64,000 bases of DNA. It comes from Octopus sinensis (Eukaryota). Numbering within the stretch: position 1 is the stretch's first letter; the number at the start of each line of letters is the position of its first letter. Location: the NCBI RefSeq assembly GCF_006345805.1, contig NC_042999.1, forward strand, positions 64,604,001 to 64,668,000. The letters run 5' to 3'. Positions 52,660-64,000 of the stretch are shown here, piece by piece. The translations under genes were made by a program, and so were the position numbers. Under the pieces are notes generated by a model. The model ran no database searches and had not been told where the DNA came from. It saw nothing but the letters and a program-made list of their open reading frames with translations.

Positions 52660-53003
52660 CTATACATACATACATACATACATACATACATACATACATA
52701 CATACATACATACATACATACATACATACATACACACGTACATACATACATACATACATATATATATATACAAACATATATATTTATATTATGTACATTA
52801 TATATATATACATATATATATATATTATATATTATATATATTTATACATATATACGTATATATATATATACATACATACATACTTACATATATATATATT
52901 ATATATATATATACATATATATATACATATATATATATATCTATATATATATATATATATATATATACATACATACATACATACATATATATATATATAA
53001 TAC

Positions 53004-53080
<77 letters not shown>

Positions 53081-53120
53081 CATACATATATATATATATA
53101 CATACATACATTTTATATAC

Positions 53121-53151
<31 letters not shown>

Positions 53152-53215
53152 CACACACACATATATATATAAGCATACATATATATATATATGTGTGTGC
53201 GTGTGTGTATATACA
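52660..53215. repeat. Compound (CATA)n/(TA)n microsatellite
   Basis: Directly visible. Similar blocks at about 840-1500, 5233-5425, 9780-10172, 13050-13360, 28900-29048 and 50275-50487. Confidence 0.95.
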
Positions 53216-53319
53216 TATATATAAAAACGTACGTACGTATATGTTATATTTACATAAACATCTAGCTTACTTGCCATACACACATATACATACATATATG
53301 TGTGTGTGTGTGTGTATAT

Positions 53320-54236
53320 ACTTTGATACTTTGATACTTTGATAGGTTTCGGCCATTATTGGCCCAGGCCATGTCTAACTTAATAGCACCACCTGGTGAA
53401 GTCTTTCAAGTCAGAATTTGGGCACTATGGCCCACTCAAGTAGAGAGTTATTGTTTACAGAGACATATCCGGGTGTAGGGGGTTTATCCGGGATTTCTTG
53501 AAGGAATCTGTCCAAAGACTTCTTGAACCCTATAGGGTCAGTTTCTGTTTTAATGTGTTTTGGTGTAATGTTAAGAGAGCGGGGCCAATTGAGGTGAAAT
53601 AATTGTGCCGTATTGTTGTTATGAGATGAGAGTGCGATTTTTGTTTTGGGCGGATGGCACGGGGCCCAAGCCTTGGATGTACCTTAAAGGTGATGCCAAC
53701 ATCATTTGGGCAATGCTGATGGAATATTTTCCACATCATGCAGATGATGTAGCGCTCACGACGACGTTGGAGAGAATAGAGTTTTAGGTTTTCTAGTCGA
53801 CCCCAATAGTCGAGGCCTGTCATGCCATCTATCTTTTTTGTGATTGCCCTTTGAGGTGCTTCAACTTTTATGATACCTTGTATTGTGTGGGGAGACCACA
53901 GTGGACAACAGTATTCAAGGTGGGGTCGGGCAAAAGTGGAGAAGAGAAGGATAATGGTGTGGATATCTCTCGACTGGAAAGTTCTGAGAATCCAGGAACA
54001 CATTCTGCGGGCCATGTCAACTTTGGTGTTTATATGAGTGGCCCAGCTTATGTTGTTGTCCACAATTACTCCCAAGTCTCTGATGTTGTTGGACGCCGCG
54101 AGAGTTTCACCTGAAGGAAGGGGGTATGGGAGTTTCAGGGCATCCTCTTTTCCAAAGTGGATTAGCTCAAATTATCCTCGTTCAGCAGCATATTGTTTTT
54201 TTCTGCCCATTGGATAACAGCCAGTAGATCTGACTG

Positions 54237-54239
<3 letters not shown>
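53320..54239 (-). mobile_element. CR1/L2-like LINE 3' fragment with intact 3' end
   Basis: FELIHFGK..DLGVIVDNNISW..HIN..WILRTF..RPHLEYCCPLWSPH..LKLYSLQRRRERY. Terminal (ATCAAAGT)3 on minus at 53320-53343. Confidence 0.88.
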
Positions 54240-54314
<75 letters not shown>

Positions 54315-55061
54315 GCATACACATTTTTATACATACACACATATCCATTACGTATGCATACATTTAGTATATGTGCATATACGTGCAAACATGTACGACA
54401 TACATATATAAATCTCACTCTATATATGCACATAACCACAAAACACGTGTAGATCTCAATATACGCACATACAGTGTATATGTAAAAATGCAACGTCGCA
54501 GGTTTGTATTGTGCTTATGGAGTTTTGCTGTTAAACGAATTTTATAGCAATTTCATAAAAACAATATTAAAGTAATACGAAAACAGTGTAAGAGAAAACC
54601 GATATCTTCTTGGTGTTGTTTTTAACGTTTCAATATACAGAAAGATGCGGTGGCAAAGACAGATATGAACATTGTGAGATAGATCAATGGTTTCTACTTT
54701 TGTATGTATCTGTGTATTTCTCTATACACTTATCTACCTGGTTCTTCCATTCTATCTTTCTTAACGCATATCTATCTGTGTCACCTCATCTATGGCGGCT
54801 AAACATTAAATTTTGAACCAGCAACAAGATAGCTATCGTCTGCTTTTCTTTTTCGATTCTATTTTAATATATTGTCATTTTGTTATATAATTTTTGATGC
54901 ATTGCTATAAATTACATTTATCTGCATAGACTATATGCTCATTATATATATATGTGTGTGTGTGTGTGCGTGCGTGTGTATGTCTGTGTGCACATTATAT
55001 CATATATGTTGCATCTACGCCTATGCGTATATATTACATACATACGTACACACGCATACAC

Positions 55062-55142
<81 letters not shown>

Positions 55143-55289
55143 CAGACACAGAAACACACATAGACAGGCACATGTATATATGTATGTATTGAGAGAGAGA
55201 GAGAGGGAAGGAAAGAGAGAGTGTGAGAGCGTAAATGTTTCATACACAAAAGTACAACACACTGTACACACACACACGCACAACACGCT

Positions 55290-55321
<32 letters not shown>

Positions 55322-55659
55322 ATGTGTTCTTTTCTCTCCACTTTCTTTTTTCTCCTCGTCTTTTTTCTGTAGAAGAGCTTATGCTCAAAATCTAAATGAT
55401 TTTTTTTTCCATATTTTTTTCCTGAGTGTAAAACTAATACACTTTGTTGTTTCTTTTACCTCATCTCCGTGTTATTTATAATTTTTGTACCACATACATA
55501 CATACATGCATGCATACATACATACATACATACATACATACATACATACATACATACATACATACATACATACGTACATACATACATACATACATATCTA
55601 TGTATGTATATGTATGAAGACTATATACAAAGTTCATTATATATATAGATAGATCGTAT

Positions 55660-55852
55660 ATATGATAGATCGTTAGCCACTACTCACATCTTTTTCTCTC
55701 CTTGTTTCTCTCCTTGTTTTTTCTGTGTCCCTTTCTGTAGAAGAGCGTAGGTTCGAAACGTAAAAGACTTTTTCTATTCCTGAGCATTATACTAATACAT
55801 CTGTTTGTTTTGTACACCACCTGTCTTCGTCTTTTGTTTTTTCGTAAACTCT

Positions 55853-55858
<6 letters not shown>
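55660..55858 (+). mobile_element. About 200-bp TA-flanked repeat (possible solo Penelope-like pLTR); related copies at 27205-27398 and 55320-55500
   Basis: The three segments share gatagatcgttagccact...ctgtagaaga...atactaatacatctgtttgttttgtacaccac...cgtaaactct, wholly or in part. Confidence 0.55.
55731..55766 (+). ncRNA. Hammerhead-like motif with non-canonical CUGUAGA core
   Basis: cttt-CTGTAGA-a-gagc(gtag)gttc-GAAA-cg-TA-aaag. All three stems are present, but A6 is replaced by U. Confidence 0.45.
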
Positions 55859-55888
<30 letters not shown>

Positions 55889-55892
<4 letters not shown>

Positions 55893-57910
55893 GTATCTAT
55901 TTTTAAGTAATCATATGGAAGTATGTGTACGCATGTATATATAAGCGTGTACACAATAACATATATACACATATAAATAAACACGTGCGTTATATTTGTA
56001 CACCAAACACAATTTCGTGTTCGTAAACATGCATCTCATATTCAAGAATATGCTGATAAATGTACACACGCACTTACAAGAATACAGCCATGCACACATA
56101 TGTTCACTTATCTTTCGAAGACTTCCACACAATTTCCCGCCAGGAAATTCCGCACACAAGATGTTGGTCAACCTAGAGCTATGGTTGATGATATATAACC
56201 AAGCAAACTGAGCCAGACTGACATGATTAGATAGCCATAAGAGTGAAATGACAACTGAATGCACGAAGATCGAATATTATGGACTGTATCTTTATTCAGA
56301 CAGAAAATATCAATTTTATTGATAAACGAGAAATGACTTTGGGCGGCATTCTTGTCTTCCTCAAAGTTATTAAGCTCAGGAGTGGCTGTGTGGTAAGTAG
56401 CTTGCTTACCAACCACATGGTTCCGGGTTCAGTCCCACTGCGTGGCACCTTGGGCAAGTGTCTTTTACTATAGCCTCGGGCCGACCAAAGCCTTGTGAGT
56501 GGATTTGTTGACGGAAACTAAAAGAAGCCCGTCGTAAATATGTATATATATATATTATATATATATATATATATCCGTGTATCTATTTTTAAGTAATCAT
56601 ATGGAAGTATGTGTACGCATGTATATATAAGCGTGTACACAATAACATATATACACATATAAATAAACACGTGCGTTATATTTGTACACCAAACACAATT
56701 TCGTGTTCGTAAACATGCATCTCATATTCAAGAATATGCTGATAAATGTACACACGCACTTACAAGAATACAGCCATGCACACATATGTTCACTTATCTT
56801 TCGAAGACTTCCACACAATTTCCCGCCAGGAAATTCCGCACACAAGATGTTGGTCAACCTAGAGCTATGGTTGATGATATATAACCAAGCAAACTGAGCC
56901 AGACTGACATGATTAGATAGCCATAAGAGTGAAATGACAACTGAATGCACGAAGATCGAATATTATGGACTGTATCTTTATTCAGACAGAAAATATCAAT
57001 TTTATTGATAAACGAGAAATGACTTTGGGCGGCATTCTTGTCTTCCTCAAAGTTATTAAGCTCAGGAGTGGCTGTGTGGTAAGTAGCTTGCTTACCAACC
57101 ACATGGTTCCGGGTTCAGTCCCACTGCGTGGCACCTTGGGCAAGTGTCTTTTACTATAGCCTCGGGCCGACCAAAGCCTTGTGAGTGGATTTGTTGACGG
57201 AAACTAAAAGAAGCCCGTCGTAAATATGTATATATATATATTATATATATATATATATATCCGTGTATCTATTTTTAAGTAATCATATGGAAGTATGTGT
57301 ACGCATGTATATATAAGCGTGTACACAATACATATATACACATATAAATAAACACGTGCGTTATATTTGTACACCAAACACAATTTCGTGTTCGTAAACA
57401 TGCATCTCATATTCAAGAATATGCTGATAAATGTACACACGCACTTACAAGAATACAGCCATGCACACATATGTTCACTTATCTTTCGAAGACTTCCACA
57501 CAATTTCCCGCCAGGAAATTCCGCACACAAGATGTTGGTCAACCTAGAGCTATGGTTGATGATATATAACCAAGCAAACTGAGCCAGACTGACATGATTA
57601 GATAGCCATAAGAGTGAAATGACAACTGAATGCACGAAGATCGAATATTATGGACTGTATCTTTATTCAGACAGAAAATATCAATTTTATTGATAAACGA
57701 GAAATGACTTTGGGCGGCATTCTTGTCTTCCTCAAAGTTATTAAGCTCAGGAGTGGCTGTGTGGTAAGTAGCTTGCTTACCAACCACATGGTTCCGGGTT
57801 CAGTCCCACTGCGTGGCACCTTGGGCAAGTGTCTTTTACTATAGCCTCGGGCCGACCAAAGCCTTGTGAGTGGATTTGTTGACGGAAACTAAAAGAAGCC
57901 CGTCGTAAAT
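55889..57910 (+). repeat. Near-perfect tandem triplication of a 686-bp unit
   Basis: Units start at 55889, 56575 and 57261. They look identical by eye apart from a 1-bp deletion in unit 3. Each ends in the 5' half of a SINE followed by (TA)n. Confidence 0.95.
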
Positions 57911-57913
57911 ATG

Positions 57914-57950
<37 letters not shown>

Positions 57951-58168
57951 TTGTGTGTCTGTGTTTGTACCCCAACATCGCTTGACAACCGATACTGGTG
58001 TTTTTACGTCCCCGTAACTCAGTGGTTTCGCAAAAGAGACCGATAGAATAAGTACTAGGCTTACAAAGAATAGGTCCTGGGGTCGATTTGCTCGACTAAA
58101 GTAGGTGTTCCATCATGGCCGCAGTTAAATGGCTGAAACAAGTAAAAGAGTAAAAGAGTAAAAGAGAA
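57745..58168 (+). mobile_element. SINE family A, full length; its 5' half is also copied at about 56375-56545 and 57061-57231
   Basis: Head through the (GTAAAAGA)3 tail. Confidence 0.85.
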
Positions 58169-58444
58169 TGGAATTAATTTATTTCTATCGGGCTTCGAAA
58201 TGAAATTGTATGCTGCAATTTGAAGGCAGCAGTAACTTTAGCTCAGCTCGAACCAAACCATTGAAAGTTATAATTCTACTTTTCCTTTGGTATGTGTATT
58301 AGTCTGAGCGAGAAGAATAGTTTTGATAAGGTTTATACTAGCACCGACAGCCCCCCAAATCCTTGCATACTGATGACGAGGCTTTCATGTAGTTAAAACA
58401 TCTGGATGATATTTGCTGCATTAACAGGCTAGTATTATACTTTC

Positions 58445-58740
58445 TGTGGTAGCCAAGTGGTTAGAGCAGCGGACTCTTGGTCGAGGGATCGCGGGTTCGA
58501 ATCTCAGACCGGGCGATGTGTGTGTTTATGAGCAAAACACCTAAGCTCCACGCGGCTCCGACAGAAGGTAATGGCGAACTTCTGCTGACTCTTTCGCCAC
58601 AACTTTCTCTCACTCTTTCCTCCTGCATCTTGCAGCTCACCTGCGACGGACTGGCGTAATGTCCAGGTGGGGAATCTATACGCCAAGGAAACCGGGAAAC
58701 CGGCCCTATGAGCCAGCCATGGCTTGAGAAGGAACAAACA
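58445..58740 (+). mobile_element. SINE family C
   Basis: Colinear with 16809-17111. Confidence 0.8.
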
Positions 58741-58866
58741 ATTATATTTTCTACAAGGACAGGTAAGGACTTGTCGAGTTGAATTTTTCATGCTTTGTCC
58801 TCTACCTATGTATATGACTAAAGATATGATGGTGGTGGTGATGGTTCAATGCTGAGGATACAAGTA

Positions 58867-59249
58867 CAGTGGTTTTCAAACATATATCTATGGATCCTTT
58901 TGATTACTATCCTGTTCTGGCGGACCTCGTAGCCTTTCAATGTTTAAAACTAGTTTCTAAGATACGTCTTTCAAAATTCTTATTTTGTTATTCAAACATT
59001 AACTTTTATAGGTTGAACTACGTAAAATGTTCGAGTAAGAAATCTAGGCGTCCCTTGCAATAAATACATCGAAGGCAAAATTTTTTCATGGACCCTTAAT
59101 ATACTACTGTGGGTACCGATTTACTGTTCTTCTGTGCCCCCCCCCCCCGCGCCAACAAGTCTCATATGCATCCCACCCACCGAGGCCATATGGAACCAAA
59201 GGGTCATATGGATATCCAGGAGTCATTGGACCTCAGTTGAGAACCACCA
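58867..59249. mobile_element. hAT-like MITE
   Basis: cagtggttttcaaac start and gttgagaaccac end; no clean 8-bp TSD. Confidence 0.5.
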
Positions 59250-59614
59250 ATGAAGTTGTTCAATCATCTGAACTAATTTGTTTTCAGAGATTCTCCTTTA
59301 CGACAAAATCAGAAGTCAACAACATTTTTCTTTCACAGTATAACAAACTTACTATGAACATTACCGAGCCTGTTATATCCTCAATGTCACTCTCTGAAAA
59401 CACTGAACTAAACAGGAAATAGAAAACGAAAGAACAATTCCGTTATATTAACTTACCTCGGATTAATTCAAAGAAGGACTCGTACCTGAGTGGGTAGTTA
59501 GAAAACATGCTTACCTGCCAAACGATCGATGGCTCATTTCCATTTACCATCTCTTTCCTGTAGATCTGGTAAAACAAACATAATTTAACATTGCGCCTTC
59601 ATGTCAGTGTTGGT

Positions 59615-59817
59615 AATCGGCGGTCTGGCAGAAACATTAGAACGCTGGGCGAAATTCGTCTGTCTTTATGTTCTGAGTTCAAATTCCGTTGAGGTCGACA
59701 TTACCTTTCATCCTTTTGGGGGTCGATAAATTAAGTACCAGTTGCGTACTGGGGTTTATCTAATCGACTGGCCCCCTCCCTTAAAATTTCATGCCTTGTG
59801 CCTAGAGTAGAAAAGAT
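59615..59817 (+). mobile_element. SINE family B, alternative tail subtype
   Basis: Same head and core; tail ggccccctccc..ttgtgcctagagtagaaaag. Confidence 0.78.
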
Positions 59818-60614
59818 AAAGGAATGCGAAAGTGATGGGGAAGTATAACTCTCTAGAACAAAAGCTTTGCCATTGTTGTTTAGTCTCAGGTTAGCACTGA
59901 TTGAGCACATCTAAGATCAATGACGTTCCAGCTTTGACCGTATTGTCTTTTTACGTAAATATGTCATCTTCTGAGTTTTTAAAAATTTAACTTTTACGAT
60001 GGACGAATGTGATTTGAAAGAGATTTCGCTGCTATTTATAGTAGGTCTAGCAATTACTTATAAAGTTTCACTCAGCTATTCTTATGGATATGGCTTAGCA
60101 AAAGCAAGCCATAAACAAATCATTCAGTGTGTTATGTCATTCACTGAATACCTGTCCAATATTGAAATCATCTATAACAACCCCAGAACTTAAAAAAGCT
60201 TGGGCGACTTTAATTAGAATGAAGGCTCCCTTTGTTTGACATTTAACGACCCCTCAGACATACAAATCGTTGATTAACCTTACCGGTGTCCGGGAAAAGG
60301 AAGAGGTATTTATAAACTCTCCTGGTGAATTGAGGAGTAACGGATTCTGCTGGCAAATCCTACATGATTGTCGTACAACATGAATCAAAGGATTTACTTA
60401 AACAAATATCTTATAATTTACAAACGTGGAAAAACGAAGTGATGAGTTGTTGAAGCTTTTATTTAAAAAATATATAGTCATTATAATTAAAGGGAAATTG
60501 CTTTAAAAAAGAATCATAATCGCATTGTGATCTCAGTTCAGCACAACGCACGAATTAATGTAGCCCAACACACAAGTTGTTCAAAGTTGTATAAAGAACG
60601 TTGCACTTGGAACT

Positions 60615-61238
60615 ATCAAGCTAACGTCAAGTACAAAGTGTAGACTCTGCGATGGCAAACTTGAAAGCGTTGTCCACATTGATGCCGTTTGCTCAGTCCT
60701 TGCTCCTGCAGAATATATATCCAGACATGATCGATTTGGGCAATACTTGCACAGGTGAATATGCTATCAATGATATCCCACATCCTAAGTACTGGTCTGA
60801 ACACCACTCACAACCAGTCACTGAGGGAGAGAATGTTACCATCGTATGGGATTATGGGATACATACAGACGGCAAGCAAATAAATGATAACAGGCCAGAC
60901 ATCATCATCAAAAATTGATATGACGGTGCCTAGAAATAGAAACGCCTCAGCAAATGAATTTGAAAATCTATCGAAATGCAAGGACTTTGAGATTGAGATA
61001 TCTAGGATGTGACAATTAAAAACCAAAATCATCCCTGTTGTGTAGCCATGGAAATGATCAAGAAAGGTACCAACGCACTTTTTGACTAGATCCCCTGAAA
61101 ACCAACAATCTACAAAATTAAAAAATTGTGCGGGAATCAACCGCTTACCTTCCCAAGAAGTTTCTCTCCATCTATGCCTTAGGTCCCTGGTTGAGACCCG
61201 GCCGGAAGATGAAGCAGAAAGTAACGATAATAATAATA
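60615..61238 (+). mobile_element. Dong/R4-type (REL-endonuclease) LINE 3' fragment
   Basis: CRLC..ESVVHIDAVC zinc knuckle, YISRHDRFGQYLH, IVWDYGIHTD..NRPDII, IDMTVP..EISRM..KTKIIPVV across frameshifts; (TAA)n tail. Confidence 0.85.
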
Positions 61239-61286
61239 TAGAATATAAAATCAGTTTTGAATATACTGTTTGGAGGGAAATCAGTT

Positions 61287-61353
61287 TTTATTTTTGTTTT
61301 GAATAACTCTGGTCACATTCCAAACATAATTTCCCTTCAAACATATATTTATT
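61287..61353 (-). promoter_or_regulatory. Candidate AATAAA polyadenylation signals for the GT61 gene
   Basis: tttatt on plus at about 61348-61353 and 61287-61292, 220-290 nt past the stop. The sequence is AT-rich, so these could be chance. Confidence 0.3.
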
Positions 61354-61575
61354 TTTCAGTAAAAAGGAAATAACAAAATGTAGAAAAAAAAGCAAAAACC
61401 AACAATAACAATAAAAAGAACCCCTCTTTGTATGTAAGACTTTTGTGTTTGTTATTTTATGAGAAACTTTTATATTTTCTTGGAATGTTAGTGAGTTTAT
61501 GTAAATGCGTTTGTGTTCGTGTAAGCCTGTTTGCATGAGCGTGTGTATGTGCGTATATATGCGCGTGTGTTTGTT

Positions 61576-63231
61576 TCATATGATATTTGGGCAGATCCTG
61601 TTCAACATATCATCCAGCATGTTGGCCAAAACAGTGGTTGGTATTTGTGTGTACATGTTAATGAACTCGTTCTTAGTGTCACTGTTCTGCCATTTTAGAT
61701 ATTTCAGCTTCCTCCACATTGATATAGAACGGAAGTGGGCATTGTTATCTGGCCAGTATGTAGGGAAAAACTCAATAACACCCGCATGTTTTGGTAGAAA
61801 TAATGAATGGGTCATTCCTGCACCGTGCATTCCAATAAGAATATCAGTGTTAATAATCCAGTTTAGTTGCATGTCTATTGTAAAAAGATCAATTTGTATT
61901 CCTTTGACAGAGTGTTTTCCTGAAAGACGTTTTCGTGCTTGTTGTAACAGGCCTAACTCGTTTCTGATTTTTCTTGAGACAATTCCTTTGGGGTTTCTCG
62001 GATGTGCGATGTAATCTCTTCTCCAGATAAACAATACGTTCAAACTTGAACAGTCGAGTTCTCTGTTTGCCGTTTGATTGAACCTTTTTAAGAAGAAATC
62101 GCGGAATTCTTCAACGTATGGTAAAGTATCACGGTCCATTTGCATAATCGGACTGTTATATCCCATAATACTCCAAACAAGTTCACGGAATATGACAGGC
62201 CTCTTTATCCTTTTTAACCTAGTGTAACCTGCAAAAAGATTTTTCCATATAGAATCAAGCGAACCTTGAGGATGTGCGTCAATCCAAAGAATTCTGACAT
62301 TTCGTGGCTGTTTTTTGAATACAAGCAACATTAGAAAAGCGTTATAAAAATCCGTCATGGTGTGATAGAAATTGACGTATTCGTAACGCGTAATTGCTAT
62401 CGTAAAACACGTTTCAGTGAAAATGTTTTGATATCTGAAACTAGATGTTCCTTTTAACACTGACCACCAATCATTCAAATGGTTTCTTTTTAGAAACTGA
62501 TACGTTGATATCGAATGACAGTTTACTTTAAAGAAACCGGGTTCGAGGTTTAGATATTCCTCTTCTTCCGATTGGTTGAACACAGTGTTAAGGTTTTCTC
62601 CCCCTTCGTGACCCTTGCACAATTTTGTATCAATTAAAACATCGTTTAGCTTTGCGAATTCACTCGAGAAACATTCAATTCCCTTTGAACAAAAATAAGC
62701 TCGGTTTTTAATCCAACCAGAAACCGTTGGATCTTTTATAATGAAGTCTTTTGCGAAATATGGAAAGTCTGTGTTTGATGATGATGATGCTGCCCCTGAT
62801 GCTGATAATGACGATGATGATGATGATGAAGATGCTGAGTTTAATGATAATTTTAACTTTGATGGTAATAACTTTAATGATAATTTTGACGATGAATTTA
62901 ACGACGATGATAATGACGCTGATGATGATGAAGATGATGACGATGAAGATGATGACGATGATGACGATGATGACGACGAAGATCTAGATTTAGATTTTAA
63001 TAGATAATACGTCTTATTTCGCATGGAATGTTTGAGAATAAATGCATCTTGTAGAAAAAGTTTATTTAAAGATAACGGATCTCTCTCTGAAAAGAAATTA
63101 GTTTTCGAATTAAAAGTTGGAACCAAAAGAGCACTCCAGAAAATCATGCCAAAAGCAGCGAAAAAATACGCCAATACGATTAATAGCAACGATCGTTGGG
63201 CATCAAATTTAGCGAAGCGTCGGAATCGCAT
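61576..63231 (-). CDS. GT61-family glycosyltransferase (551 aa, type II membrane, poly-Ser stem), beta-1,2-xylosyltransferase-like
   Basis: Long uninterrupted ORF. It has a basic N-terminus plus a hydrophobic TM segment (LLLIVLAYFFAAFGMIFWSALLV) and a Ser-rich stem, then a catalytic domain with TRYEYVNFYHTMTDFYNAF, FIWRRDYIAHPRNP..SRKIRNE and DILIGMHGAGMTHSLFLP (GT61 HGAG motif). ATG context is GCCATAATG, with an in-frame TAA about 16 codons upstream. Confidence 0.92.
   Translation of the reverse strand: MRFRRFAKFDAQRSLLLIVLAYFFAAFGMIFWSALLVPTFNSKTNFFSERDPLSLNKLFLQDAFILKHSMRNKTYYLLKSKSRSSSSSSSSSSSSSSSSSSSSSASLSSSLNSSSKLSLKLLPSKLKLSLNSASSSSSSSSLSASGAASSSSNTDFPYFAKDFIIKDPTVSGWIKNRAYFCSKGIECFSSEFAKLNDVLIDTKLCKGHEGGENLNTVFNQSEEEEYLNLEPGFFKVNCHSISTYQFLKRNHLNDWWSVLKGTSSFRYQNIFTETCFTIAITRYEYVNFYHTMTDFYNAFLMLLVFKKQPRNVRILWIDAHPQGSLDSIWKNLFAGYTRLKRIKRPVIFRELVWSIMGYNSPIMQMDRDTLPYVEEFRDFFLKRFNQTANRELDCSSLNVLFIWRRDYIAHPRNPKGIVSRKIRNELGLLQQARKRLSGKHSVKGIQIDLFTIDMQLNWIINTDILIGMHGAGMTHSLFLPKHAGVIEFFPTYWPDNNAHFRSISMWRKLKYLKWQNSDTKNEFINMYTQIPTTVLANMLDDMLNRICPNII
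62770..62985 (-). repeat. Degenerate (GAT/GAC/GAA)n triplet tract encoding the poly-Ser stem of the GT61 protein
   Basis: Plus-strand gatgatgacgatgaa... runs translate in frame as long Ser tracts on the minus strand. Confidence 0.85.
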
Positions 63232-64000
63232 TATGGCAGCTGAAGGATAACGGTGAGTCCTGAGATGGAAAAGTCTTTAGTTGTGCGAAGCGTATCATTC
63301 AATTTAATTTGGCAACGGAATTCTCCTGCGCTTGGGATTCATTTGGGGAAACGGTTGAAAAATCATCCGCTATGTTTTCTCTCGAGATGTTTGTTGATGT
63401 CGTTGCTGTTGTTGTTGTTGTTTGCTGTTACACTTCTTATTGCTATTGTTGTTGTTGGTATTACTGCTGCTGATGTTGCTGCTATTGTTTTCGTTATTCT
63501 TGCGGTTATTCTTGCTTTCGATGTTTCTTTTAGTTCTGCTCACACTGCTACTGCTGACGTCGACGTTTTTCTTGTTTTTCTTTTTGCTGTTTTTGTTGTT
63601 TCCAGAAGACATGTATTCCGGATTAGTGGTGGCAAGACTATGGACAAATATTGTTTCTTTATCGATTTTTCGTTCGATTTTCAATAACTGGTTTCCCTAG
63701 GGAATAAAAGGAAAGAATAAAAGCAAAATTATGAAAAATGAACACACAAAAATCAATCAAAATAAAACAAAAAAGTAAACAACAAACAAAAGCAACATAT
63801 TTAGCAGTCAGGTATTTCAAAGATGGCGATAAGTTGTTATTTGATATTACAAGACGACATTCGTTTAATACCACTTATCTGAAAAATACAGCCGCTTGTA
63901 GAATAAATTACGAAGAAAAGTATGAAAAGAATATACTAAAAAATATAGACCGAAGTAATGTAACCCCTCAAAAATGTCTAAAATAAGGGAATTCTGAAAC

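Noticed and set aside
53352-53372. ggcc-aataat-ggcc-gaaac (minus) resembling hammerhead stem II plus GAAA
   Set aside because: No CUGANGA upstream; it is the LINE 3' terminal stem-loop.
55889-57910. Regularly spaced identical units, considered as CRISPR-like or as a tandem gene array (repeated 117/71/82/64-aa ORFs)
   Set aside because: The whole 686-bp unit is duplicated with no unique spacers, and the ORFs are short, overlapping and SINE- or AT-derived.

Overview
AT-rich, extremely repeat-dense animal genomic DNA. The SINE families, Dong/R4, RTE and Penelope remnants and the microsatellite load resemble a coleoid cephalopod (Octopus-like) genome; this taxon call is an inference. Only one host protein-coding gene is well supported: an intronless-CDS, type II membrane GT61-family glycosyltransferase (61576-63231, minus). 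Its motifs resemble plant beta-1,2-xylosyltransferase more than EOGT. The rest is a mosaic of at least four tRNA-headed SINE families, decayed LINEs (RTE, two CR1/L2-like, Dong/R4, Penelope GIY-YIG), DNA transposon remnants (maT DD37D, Tigger/pogo, mariner and hAT MITEs) and Helitrons. One Helitron has both termini and a helicase remnant. The most unusual signals are: (1) several minimal hammerhead-ribozyme-like motifs with palindromic stem III, including a divergent inverted pair with a U3-A8 core and one in the tail of a tRNA-headed SINE; (2) a SINE family whose 3' stem-loop tail matches the 3' ends of two LINEs in the window; (3) a near-perfect 686-bp triplication; (4) several local templated or inverted duplications. 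Nearly all other ORFs in the track are microsatellite artefacts. All alignments and RNA folds were done by eye.
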